Shown here: piece by piece, positions 46,339 through 53,929 of the stretch
Layout of the letters: each line of letters begins with the position of its first letter
Position numbering within the stretch: the stretch's first letter is position 1
IMG/VR virus record: IMGVR_UViG_3300020438_004021
Location: 32,001-96,000 of that record
DNA from: a virus
Length of the DNA stretch: 64,000 nucleotides
Reading direction: 5' to 3' (one strand)
The notes under the pieces: generated by a model
The model's database searches: none
Told to the model about the DNA's origin: nothing
Seen by the model: only the letters and a program-made list of their open reading frames with translations
Translations under genes and position numbers: made by a program

Positions 46339-46411
46339 GGGAGTGTAGCTCAGTCGGTAGAGCATCGGTCTTTTAAACCGGTGGTCGTGGGTTCGAGTCC
46401 CACCGCTCCCA
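46339..46411 (+). tRNA. tRNA-Lys(TTT)
   Basis: GGGAGTG/CGCTCCC acceptor, TCGGT-CTTTTAA-ACCGG, GTGGG-TTCGAGT-CCCAC. Confidence 0.93.
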
Positions 46412-46432
46412 CTTGGGATTGACAATGAATAC

Positions 46433-46461
46433 TTGACAGGATAAATAACCTGTGATCTAAT
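46433..46461 (+). promoter_or_regulatory. Sigma70-type early promoter
   Basis: TTGACA-17 nt-TCTAAT with TG extension. Confidence 0.75.
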
Positions 46462-46552
46462 GGAATTTGTGAAAGCATCAATAGGACCTAACCCGATGGG
46501 GTATGAGATGCGTGAATGTGAAATCGTCGGGAATTTTAAGGAGAATGTCATT

Positions 46553-46825
46553 ATGATGACAAAGATCTCAAAGCGTCGTAAGGTTATGAACTTCCTCAGC
46601 AACTCTGACAAGGGACTAACCGAGAGCGAAGCCCGCTCAATGTTTGGTGTCAATGCACTGCCTTCAGTGATCAGCAGCATCAAGAAGCAGGTCGAATGCA
46701 ATGGTAATTGGGAAATCGTCAAGGAGCGTACGCCTCGTAACAAGGTTCGCTATTTCATGAACGATACCCACCCAGGCACTCGCTCCTACGGTTTCAACCG
46801 TGACGGCAGTCGCTACGCTATCTGA
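46553..46825 (+). CDS. Putative winged-HTH DNA-binding protein
   Basis: AAGGAG SD; SKRRKVMNFL...LTESEARSMFGV..LPSVISSIK; CGT-rich codon usage. Confidence 0.6.
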   Translation: MMTKISKRRKVMNFLSNSDKGLTESEARSMFGVNALPSVISSIKKQVECNGNWEIVKERTPRNKVRYFMNDTHPGTRSYGFNRDGSRYAI

Positions 46826-46941
46826 TTCCTAACGGAATCGCCCCCTACAATTCAAGTCTTTTGATGGGTTCACTCCCATTGAAAGACATTCTTGACAAGT
46901 GAATAGAATATAAGTGCATTGGGATTAATTACCTCGATGCC

Positions 46942-47117
46942 GGACGGTGACAGAATATTTTTCGTTACTGAAGATAATGTATGCAATTCCTCGTGGTAAG
47001 GTGCGAATGCTCAAATGAGTGAAGTAGTCTTTGACCAAGACAGTTGCAGTGCGAGTAGGAAATAACCAAACTAGGTAACTCCGAAAGTTGTGGGTATAGT
47101 TGAGTCCCATCCGTCCA
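46942..47117 (+). ncRNA. Candidate ~175-nt multi-branched structured RNA
   Basis: Ends pair (GGACGG/CCGTCC); inner TGCAATT/AGTTGCA stem enclosing hairpins; terminal GTGGG/CCCAT stem. Confidence 0.5.
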
Positions 47118-47125
47118 TGAATAAC

Positions 47126-47208
47126 GTCTCAGAAGAGGTGGTTCGAGTCCACCCATTAGGGCTGCAGTCAGACCCTGTAGTGTATGTCAGAGTTCAGCAC
47201 GCTGAGAC
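47126..47208 (+). ncRNA. Circularly permuted tRNA-like RNA (YrlA-like T-AS-D order)
   Basis: GTCTCAG/CTGAGAC stem enclosing T-arm GGTGG-TTCGAGT-CCACC, closed acceptor-like hairpin, TA, D-arm GTGT...GCAC, G. Confidence 0.6.
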
Positions 47209-47386
47209 AGGATTTTCCGAGGTTGTGTGGGGTGGAGCAGGGTGGTTGACTTTCTAGTTTGACAGCTCCCCCACACAACCTTTTAATCTACCGTTCTAAA
47301 GGAGACCTGCTATGGAGACCTAGGATTTTATTAATAAGATAGGATTTTAATATTATAGCACGTCAATTGACAGACTCAAAACAGCA

Positions 47387-47434
47387 ACCGAACGAAGTTA
47401 ACTGGTCTTCCTATCGTTCGGTATTAAAGACCAG
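47387..47434 (+). ncRNA. H-type pseudoknot
   Basis: Stem 1 ACCGAACGA/TCGTTCGGT (9 bp); stem 2 CTGGTCTT/AAGACCAG (8 bp). Confidence 0.6.
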
Positions 47435-47441
47435 CGTTCTG

Positions 47442-47467
47442 ACCCCGTACGATAACGGGGTTTTTTC
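47442..47467 (+). terminator. Intrinsic terminator
   Basis: ACCCCGT-ACGATA-ACGGGGT followed by T-run. Confidence 0.8.
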
Positions 47468-47469
47468 AT

Positions 47470-47555
47470 ATACCCCCTCCTGATATCTAGAAAACGCTAT
47501 ATCCCCTCCTGATATCGAGAAGGTACTTGACAGGAGGTCAAAGCCATGATCTAAT
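47470..47555 (+). promoter_or_regulatory. Two GATATC-centred motif A copies plus early promoter
   Basis: CCCCCTCCTGATATC and CCCCTCCTGATATCGAGAAGG directly before TTGACA(47527)-17 nt-TCTAAT(47550). Confidence 0.8.
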
Positions 47556-47578
47556 GGGTGGAGTAAAAGGAGATATGG

Positions 47579-47770
47579 ATGGCAAAACGAGTATGGGACA
47601 GATTTGACGAAGAAGCCGAGAGAGAAGGAGCCGCCTTCACCAAGCAGGTAGTCACCCAAATTATAAAAGGTGGGGGTCGTGAAGGCAAGAAAATCCGAAA
47701 GCAGAGAAGCGGCATCCAAGCTGCTCTTAACCGTTCTGAAATGCGTATTATGAGGAAATATCTAGTATGA
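47579..47770 (+). CDS. Small basic hypothetical protein
   Basis: AAGGAG SD downstream of an early promoter. Confidence 0.65.
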   Translation: MAKRVWDRFDEEAEREGAAFTKQVVTQIIKGGGREGKKIRKQRSGIQAALNRSEMRIMRKYLV

Positions 47771-47982
47771 GTAAGTCTTGCCTAGACTGTGGAACCAATA
47801 TTCCAGAAGCACGTTTGAGTGCAGTACCCGACACAGACTACTGCGTGGGTTGTGTCGACAAGAATTCAAAGCCGGTTGTAGCCAGGTTGATTTTCAATCA
47901 CAAGACAGCTGGTGAAGTATTCATCGCCAAGGGAAAAGAGAATGTGAGAATCCTAGAGAGGGAGTACTCAAGGGGCAGGTAA
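47767..47982 (+). CDS. DksA/TraR C4 zinc-finger protein
   Basis: CLDCGTNIPEARLSAVPDTDYCVGC. Confidence 0.8.
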   Translation: MSKSCLDCGTNIPEARLSAVPDTDYCVGCVDKNSKPVVARLIFNHKTAGEVFIAKGKENVRILEREYSRGR

Positions 47983-48014
47983 TATTCTTATAAATAATTT
48001 CAGAGGGACTCCCA

Positions 48015-48278
48015 ATGAAGATTGTGAAAGTGACATGGATAGATGCTGAAGAATATGGTGAAATTGGTTGGAATTCTCTTAAATCGATGAAAACCTATGC
48101 CAAGAAGCCATGCCCCACTATGACTAGTGTTGGGCATGTTCTGTATGAAGACGATAATCACATATCACTAATCAGTACCGTTGGTGAAAAAGAGTCCAGC
48201 AGTGTAGACAAAATTCCCAAGAGTTTCATTAATAAGATAGAAGAACTTACTGAAAAGGTGAATGAAAAAGATGCCTAG
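48015..48278 (+). CDS. Hypothetical phage protein
   Basis: VKVTWIDA...SVGHV...IPKSFI pattern; TATAAATA at 47989-47996. Confidence 0.7.
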   Translation: MKIVKVTWIDAEEYGEIGWNSLKSMKTYAKKPCPTMTSVGHVLYEDDNHISLISTVGEKESSSVDKIPKSFINKIEELTEKVNEKDA

Positions 48279-48564
48279 TTATGAATACGCCTGCAAAGAA
48301 TGTAAAGAAGTTTGGGAAGAAGTCAGAAAAATATCTGATTGTATGATACCCACTAACAAGAAGTGCCCACACTGTGGTGCTAAAAGAGGCAGCATCTACC
48401 GTCACTTCAGTTCTGCACCATCAATGAAGATGGATGCCAATATGGATTTAACAAAACCACACAACCATGGTGGATTCCAAGATGCGATGAGGAGAGTCGC
48501 GAATGCACCTGGTGTTAAAGGTACAAAATATGCGGACAAAATCAATGAAAAGCATATTAGTTGA
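48271..48564 (+). CDS. FmdB-family zinc-ribbon protein
   Basis: MPSYEYACKEC...CPHCG. Confidence 0.8.
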   Translation: MPSYEYACKECKEVWEEVRKISDCMIPTNKKCPHCGAKRGSIYRHFSSAPSMKMDANMDLTKPHNHGGFQDAMRRVANAPGVKGTKYADKINEKHIS

Positions 48565-48635
48565 CAATATCATCAGCAACCGATAAATACAAGTACACAA
48601 CCAACCAAAACGTTTTATTATGAAGGAGTTTCGTT

Positions 48636-49709
48636 ATGATTGAGTCTGGTAAGGTGAATTTTCTTATTGATGGACAGTGGGGAAGCACTGGCAAGGGCAA
48701 ACTTGCCGGTTACATGTATAGCAGATTTAAGAATCTGAACATGGCAATCAGTGATAATATGCCAAATGCGGGGCATACCTTTACACGCGATGGTAAGAAC
48801 TTCATCTTTAAGGCCCTTCCTACCGGAGTTTTGTTCGATGAAGTGACATCTTTAATCGGTCCACAGGCAGTGATGGGTGAAGAGCAGTTCCAATATGAAA
48901 TGGAGATGGTGAAGAACGAAATAGGTCACTATCCCAAGGTAATCATCCACCCAATGGCAACCGTTGTAACCGCCAGTGACAAAGATGCTGAAGCAGGAAT
49001 CGTCAGCAAAATGGCAAGTACGGGTCAGGGTTCTTGTTCCGCTACCGTTAAGAAGATGTGGAGACGAGGAGAGGCAAACCTCGCCAAGAACAGCAAGGTG
49101 TTTGATGAATTCGTCGGTGATACCCATTCCTTCCTTCATGAAGGACTTAAGAAGGGTGGTGCTGCACTTTCGGAAGGTAGTCAAGGTTTTGACCTTTCAA
49201 TGAATTGCGGACATGCCTACCCACACACGACGTCACGCGATTGCTTGATCGGGAGAATGATGGACAATGCAGGATGCCCAGTCAAGTCTGTAGGTAGCAT
49301 AATCGCTTGTCTAAGGACACTGCCAATTCGCGTTGGAAGCACTGAGAACACGAGCGGTCCTTACTACGACGACCAGAATGAAATCGACTGGAAGACGGTA
49401 TCCGATATGTGTGGTCATGATGTAGAAGAAAGAACTACAGTGACCCAGAGAGTTCGTAGAGTATTTACATTCTCGGAAGAACAGACTAGGAAGTTCTGCG
49501 AATTTGTTCGTCCGGATTATGCATTCCTTAACTTCGTTAACTACTATAAGGAAGAGGGAGACCGACTCAATGCTGTCTCTGAAGTAGCGACAATTCTGGG
49601 TGAGTACGGTTGCGACCTTACACTACTAGGTACTGGTGCTGGACTAGACGATATGGAAATGACCAGCAACGAGCAAATCCTAGGCAAGCAGGAAACACTT
49701 TTTGCATGA
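48636..49709 (+). CDS. purZ: PurZ-type 2-amino-deoxyadenylosuccinate synthetase (PurA family)
   Basis: GQWGSTGKG (Ser replaces PurA Asp), NAGHT, EGSQGFDLS, YPHTTSRDC, RTLPIRV, SGPYYDDQNEIDW, ERTTVTQRVRRVFTFS, FLNFVNY; 357 aa. Confidence 0.82.
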   Translation: MIESGKVNFLIDGQWGSTGKGKLAGYMYSRFKNLNMAISDNMPNAGHTFTRDGKNFIFKALPTGVLFDEVTSLIGPQAVMGEEQFQYEMEMVKNEIGHYPKVIIHPMATVVTASDKDAEAGIVSKMASTGQGSCSATVKKMWRRGEANLAKNSKVFDEFVGDTHSFLHEGLKKGGAALSEGSQGFDLSMNCGHAYPHTTSRDCLIGRMMDNAGCPVKSVGSIIACLRTLPIRVGSTENTSGPYYDDQNEIDWKTVSDMCGHDVEERTTVTQRVRRVFTFSEEQTRKFCEFVRPDYAFLNFVNYYKEEGDRLNAVSEVATILGEYGCDLTLLGTGAGLDDMEMTSNEQILGKQETLFA

Positions 49710-50260
49710 TTCAGCACTGCGTAATAGGACAGGCTGGTAGTGGTAAGTCCACATTCATAGAGAAGAAATTCCCTAGGGACGAACACATCTTCTTTGATAC
49801 GGGTAGCATGCTTAGAAGCATGTTTACCTGTCTCAAGGGGGAACAGACTAGCAAGAACGTTTGGGATTTTGCAAATCCGTTGGTATATAGTGTTTACAAG
49901 CAGTGCTGCACTGTTTCAGAGAACACCGGTTATGAGTTCATAACTGACGGTTTCCCTAGGAACTCATCTCAAGTTAAGAATATGCATATGTTTTTGACTT
50001 CTCTACCCCATAGCAATTCTATCATATTCCATATGCTGGACATTTCAGAAGAAGAGCAGATTAGGAGGATAGAGAAGAGAAATGGAAAGATGAGCGACTA
50101 TCATATTGATAGGATATCACAGTCTAGGAGAGACTTCGAGTCTGTATTGGATGAACTAGACAGGATTATGAGTAGCAGCACTGCGAACAGAACCTTAATA
50201 GAGATAAAGTGGTATAAGCAAGAAGATGGTGATTTCGTTCTGGACAGAAGTTATAAATAG
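49706..50260 (+). CDS. Adenylate-kinase-like NMP kinase
   Basis: GQAGSGKST, DTGSMLR, ITDGFPRNSSQ; ATGA overlap with the purZ stop. Confidence 0.82.
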   Translation: MIQHCVIGQAGSGKSTFIEKKFPRDEHIFFDTGSMLRSMFTCLKGEQTSKNVWDFANPLVYSVYKQCCTVSENTGYEFITDGFPRNSSQVKNMHMFLTSLPHSNSIIFHMLDISEEEQIRRIEKRNGKMSDYHIDRISQSRRDFESVLDELDRIMSSSTANRTLIEIKWYKQEDGDFVLDRSYK

Positions 50261-50275
50261 TCAGGAGATTTACCT

Positions 50276-50827
50276 ATGGCATCATTCAACTATGAAATTC
50301 CAGACGAATACTTAGAAAATGCATCCGACTTCGGGTTTACTACGGTAGACTCCGATGCTGTAGAACAACAAGAAAGAGATGTAGCCGAAGAAGTAGCGGG
50401 TGAAATATCATCAAATCTTATTGGTCAGATTAGCACCAAGATTAGCGGTCTAGAAGGAAAAATCAATTCTGTCCTTCTTAAAATGCAAGATGAAACAGAT
50501 GAAGACAATGTAGCAGGTGAAATAAATCTGGTTAGGATAGAAGAGAAGATAGATAAGATTCTTGCTATGGAAAATGAAGAACTTGCCAGTAGCATACAAG
50601 CACAAGGTGAGAGCATCCGTGCAGTCATAGATGAAGTAGAAGAGAGAAAAAGCACACTAGAAGACCAATACCTAGATAAAATGAAGGAAATTGAAAAACT
50701 GGTCTTACCTCTATTGGTTAATCTGACCAAGAATCCAGAAAGAGAGTACCTCTTCTGGCCTGATAGGTCTGAAAAAGTCAATAAGCAGATAGGAAAAGTC
50801 CTTTCTATTACAAGAAATGCCGAATAA
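50276..50827 (+). CDS. Acidic coiled-coil hypothetical protein
   Basis: DFGFTTVD...PLLVNLTKNPEREYLFWPDR T4-like pattern; TATAAATA at 50252-50259. Confidence 0.75.
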   Translation: MASFNYEIPDEYLENASDFGFTTVDSDAVEQQERDVAEEVAGEISSNLIGQISTKISGLEGKINSVLLKMQDETDEDNVAGEINLVRIEEKIDKILAMENEELASSIQAQGESIRAVIDEVEERKSTLEDQYLDKMKEIEKLVLPLLVNLTKNPEREYLFWPDRSEKVNKQIGKVLSITRNAE

Positions 50828-51497
50828 AAAATTCACCCATCTATCCAATAAGATAACCGAGGATATAGATGCCGTCACCAACAAGGACGGTTCTAGATTC
50901 TACCAAGCACCCAATGGTGAGAAATACCCCAGTGTCACCACAGTCACTGGTTGGGAGAAGAAGGCTTTCTTCGCTGAATGGAGGAGGAAGAACCCCAAGG
51001 AATCTAAAAGGGTTCTGTCCGTAGGAACCAGTATGCACCAGGTAGTAGAAGATTTCTTAGATAATAAAGAAACCTACCTCGATGGTGCATCTCAATCTGC
51101 CATTAATCTTTTTCAGTACATGAAGCCTGTCCTGATAGAGAAGATAGATAATATCAAAGCACAAGAAGTCGCCCTATGGAGTAGTTTATTGGGGTTGGCA
51201 GGAAGGGTGGATTGTGTTGCTGAATATGATGGTAAGTTGTCCATCATAGATTTTAAGAGCAGCAGAAGAGAGAAGAAAGAAGAATATATAGGCAACTACT
51301 TCGCTCAGGCTACCGCATATGCCATAATGTGGAAAGAGTTAACTGGTGAGCAAATAGACCAGATAGTTATACTGATATCTTGTGAAGATGGTAGTGTCCA
51401 GCAATTCATAGATAAACCAGTAAATCACGTAAAAACGCTCAAAGAGATGATAGACAAGTACTATCAGAGTCAGGCACTATCGGAGTATTTAGGTTAA
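50817..51497 (+). CDS. PD-(D/E)xK exonuclease (T4-like)
   Basis: YPSVTTV, GTSMH, LAGRVDC...IIDFKSS, YFAQATAYA. Confidence 0.88.
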   Translation: MPNKKFTHLSNKITEDIDAVTNKDGSRFYQAPNGEKYPSVTTVTGWEKKAFFAEWRRKNPKESKRVLSVGTSMHQVVEDFLDNKETYLDGASQSAINLFQYMKPVLIEKIDNIKAQEVALWSSLLGLAGRVDCVAEYDGKLSIIDFKSSRREKKEEYIGNYFAQATAYAIMWKELTGEQIDQIVILISCEDGSVQQFIDKPVNHVKTLKEMIDKYYQSQALSEYLG

Positions 51498-52714
51498 GAC
51501 CTAGGGACGGTTCTCTTAAAAGTGACATCGATACACGGTCTAAAGTCTACACGACTATCATTCACCGAATATATCTCCATCATGTGTCTCCAATGGGTGT
51601 AATACCCATCTAGAGAACCTTGACCATCTACATGCTCGGTATTGGTATCATCGTTGCCAATGAACACCATTCTCAGATCTCCCGTTCTGCTATCTATGCA
51701 ATCCTGAACGAGAGAAGTAACATCCACCTTGACCTCAGGGACCGCAGGTATCGTTCCTAGAGAACCTGCGATTCTCACCCTAGCACCACCTACTGATGGT
51801 TTTATCCCTATCATGGCTCCGGTTGTGATTCCACCACCAGTATCTAATGTAACACCCGTTTCATCACCAGTTCGTCCTGCATCGTCGTCAGGACCTATAG
51901 TAACCCCATTGCTGGTATCGTCGTCAGGTTGGTCTGGGAGTTCGTTTCCATCCCCAAATGGTTTCACACCTAACCAACAATGTCCCAATGGGCTGGCATT
52001 CGTTATGTCGGCTGAATTGGTAGCACCAGAAGAATCTCCACCGCTTGAACCCCAATAGGCATCAGCAGTTGGAGCACCTTTGAAATGATACCAACCCATA
52101 GTATCCATAGAACCAGCAGTCCACCCATTGCTAGCGCCTTGAACGTTAGCATTCCTAGTACCTCTATAAATGCAATATATTCTGTCTGCTATTGCATAAG
52201 TAGCACCACCATCATAGAAGGGTACGTGGTGACCCCATACTTTATGGATTTTAAGACTTAATGTAGCACTAACGATGGTATCTCCACCTGTCAGTCCATA
52301 AGTTCCACCACCACCAGGATCTGTTGGGTCGTTTGGATTACCTGGTGGACCCCAGTCGCTGACATTGGTGTACCAAAAAATTCTAGCAGCTGGAGTTGCT
52401 AATTCATAAGCATCACCGAATTCTTGTTCTCCCCACATATCTTTGGTCATATAATATCTGGCAGCCGCTCCCAGTTGGAGAATGGCATCAGAACTAGCAC
52501 CCAATGCTGTCCTATGTAGGTGGAAATCGTTGAAGTAAGTCTGAGATGTGGGTCCAGTAGCACCATCAATTATTTGTATATCTCGAACATAGGTGTCTTC
52601 GTTAGGGTAAAGTCTCACCTTAGCGGTTACTTCAGTCCCACCGTCACCACCATCATCTGGTTTGTTGACTTCAGCCTGTCTTCTTTTAGTTAATCTGTGC
52701 CTTGCTCGACTCAT
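51494..52714 (-). CDS. Hypothetical Gly/Asp/Thr-rich virion or carbohydrate-binding-like protein
   Basis: EDTYV...IVSATLSL...DVTSLVQD...RPCIDVTF resembles DNRLRE-type domains. Confidence 0.55.
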   Translation of the reverse strand: MSRARHRLTKRRQAEVNKPDDGGDGGTEVTAKVRLYPNEDTYVRDIQIIDGATGPTSQTYFNDFHLHRTALGASSDAILQLGAAARYYMTKDMWGEQEFGDAYELATPAARIFWYTNVSDWGPPGNPNDPTDPGGGGTYGLTGGDTIVSATLSLKIHKVWGHHVPFYDGGATYAIADRIYCIYRGTRNANVQGASNGWTAGSMDTMGWYHFKGAPTADAYWGSSGGDSSGATNSADITNASPLGHCWLGVKPFGDGNELPDQPDDDTSNGVTIGPDDDAGRTGDETGVTLDTGGGITTGAMIGIKPSVGGARVRIAGSLGTIPAVPEVKVDVTSLVQDCIDSRTGDLRMVFIGNDDTNTEHVDGQGSLDGYYTHWRHMMEIYSVNDSRVDFRPCIDVTFKRTVPRS

Positions 52715-52739
52715 ATTTCACATACCTCATGGGTTATTA

Positions 52740-53537
52740 TCATGTACCAACTATTCTAATGTCCGCAGTGCCGGTCCCTGTGCAGGTTGCTCTAATTCCG
52801 TTAGAGTTGGATGCCTCGATAAAGAGACTATCAAATGCTTGTAGAGCATACCCATTATTGGCACTAGTGATTCCGGTGTCGAATGTACACCCAATGAATG
52901 CAGTAGCAGGACCGAAGTTAGTGATTCTGAATCCTGTGGCAAATGTCCTTGCGGGCAATGTTTGCTGTGCCACTGCTGTAGAACCTGTTGATTTCTGTGC
53001 GAAAAGGAAACCGGTAGTGAAACCGGTGCTGTTACTTGGGTGTGTAGAAGGTATTGCTACTGTAAGAACGTCAACGTCACCGATATTATTAGTACTGGCG
53101 GCTAGTTTAACATCACCAGTGATCTGGGCAGTGATTCCTAGCAGTCCACTTGATGCCACGGAGATGGTAGCACCATCTGCAAACCCTTTAACAGTGCTGA
53201 CAAAATCTAGAGTACCACCCACCACCTTGTCGAGAGTGCCACCACCAATAGTCACATTCGATACATCGAACGATGCACCACCAGTAATTAGGACTTGTAC
53301 GGGGAGTGTACCTGAGGTGTTACCCGCTACTGGTATGGAACCAAATCCGGCTGCATTGGTATGCATGATTGGGACAGGGGCTGCATTGGTCATCAAGGAG
53401 TCAACGCCATCGCCTCCGGTGTTGATCTTAATTTCTTGAAAATGCCCTACATTATCCCCACCATAGTCAGTCGCCAAGGTTGCTCCGACAGGACTTGTCG
53501 ATGTAATTTGAATATTATCAGATGTTAGTTGTGCCAT
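52740..53537 (-). CDS. Putative virion structural/fibre protein
   Basis: Gly/Thr/Ala-rich beta content; TNNIGDVDVL. Confidence 0.6.
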   Translation of the reverse strand: MAQLTSDNIQITSTSPVGATLATDYGGDNVGHFQEIKINTGGDGVDSLMTNAAPVPIMHTNAAGFGSIPVAGNTSGTLPVQVLITGGASFDVSNVTIGGGTLDKVVGGTLDFVSTVKGFADGATISVASSGLLGITAQITGDVKLAASTNNIGDVDVLTVAIPSTHPSNSTGFTTGFLFAQKSTGSTAVAQQTLPARTFATGFRITNFGPATAFIGCTFDTGITSANNGYALQAFDSLFIEASNSNGIRATCTGTGTADIRIVGT

Positions 53538-53629
53538 TATCAGTACTCTCCAGATTTATATAAGTGTTGACAGGTATTACCCACTAATTATATATAAGAT
53601 GAAAGCAGTGGACGAAAAAGGGGCTTATC

Positions 53630-53851
53630 TTGATTGAGGATGGTATTGATTTTTGTAAGGACGTTGAAAAACTGATTTTGAACGACACCTTTGACAATTA
53701 TATTGATGCTGTCCTGCATCTTTGTGATGATAAAGGGATTGAGCCGTTCGTCGCAGCCAGGATGCTAAGCAAACCGATAAAAGAGAAAATAAAAAAGGAG
53801 GGGCAGGAGATAAATCTGCTCCCCAGAAAAACACGGCTACCAATAAAATAA
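53630..53851 (+). CDS. gp33: T4 gp33-like late transcription coactivator
   Basis: YIDAVLHLC...LSKPIKEKIKKEG..INLLP...LPI; lies before gp32. Confidence 0.8.
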   Translation: MIEDGIDFCKDVEKLILNDTFDNYIDAVLHLCDDKGIEPFVAARMLSKPIKEKIKKEGQEINLLPRKTRLPIK

Positions 53852-53855
53852 TATA

Positions 53856-53884
53856 TTGACAAGAGAATACCCATGTGGTATAAT
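53856..53884 (+). promoter_or_regulatory. Sigma70-type promoter for gp32
   Basis: TTGACA-17 nt-TATAAT with TG extension. Confidence 0.85.
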
Positions 53885-53929
53885 GGAATTTGAAACGAAA
53901 CGCAGTAATACAATACAAGGAGAAATATT

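Noticed and set aside
47126-47208. Two-piece tmRNA or functional permuted tRNA gene
   Set aside because: No alanine acceptor with CCA, no tag frame found, and the open ends do not rebuild a U33-containing anticodon loop
48636-49709. Annotation as ordinary adenylosuccinate synthetase PurA
   Set aside because: Lacks the catalytic Asp of GDEGKG and the TKLD guanine-specificity motif; has GSTGKG and NF instead
52702-53439. 245-aa plus-strand ORF
   Set aside because: Antisense shadow of the minus-strand 52740-53537 gene
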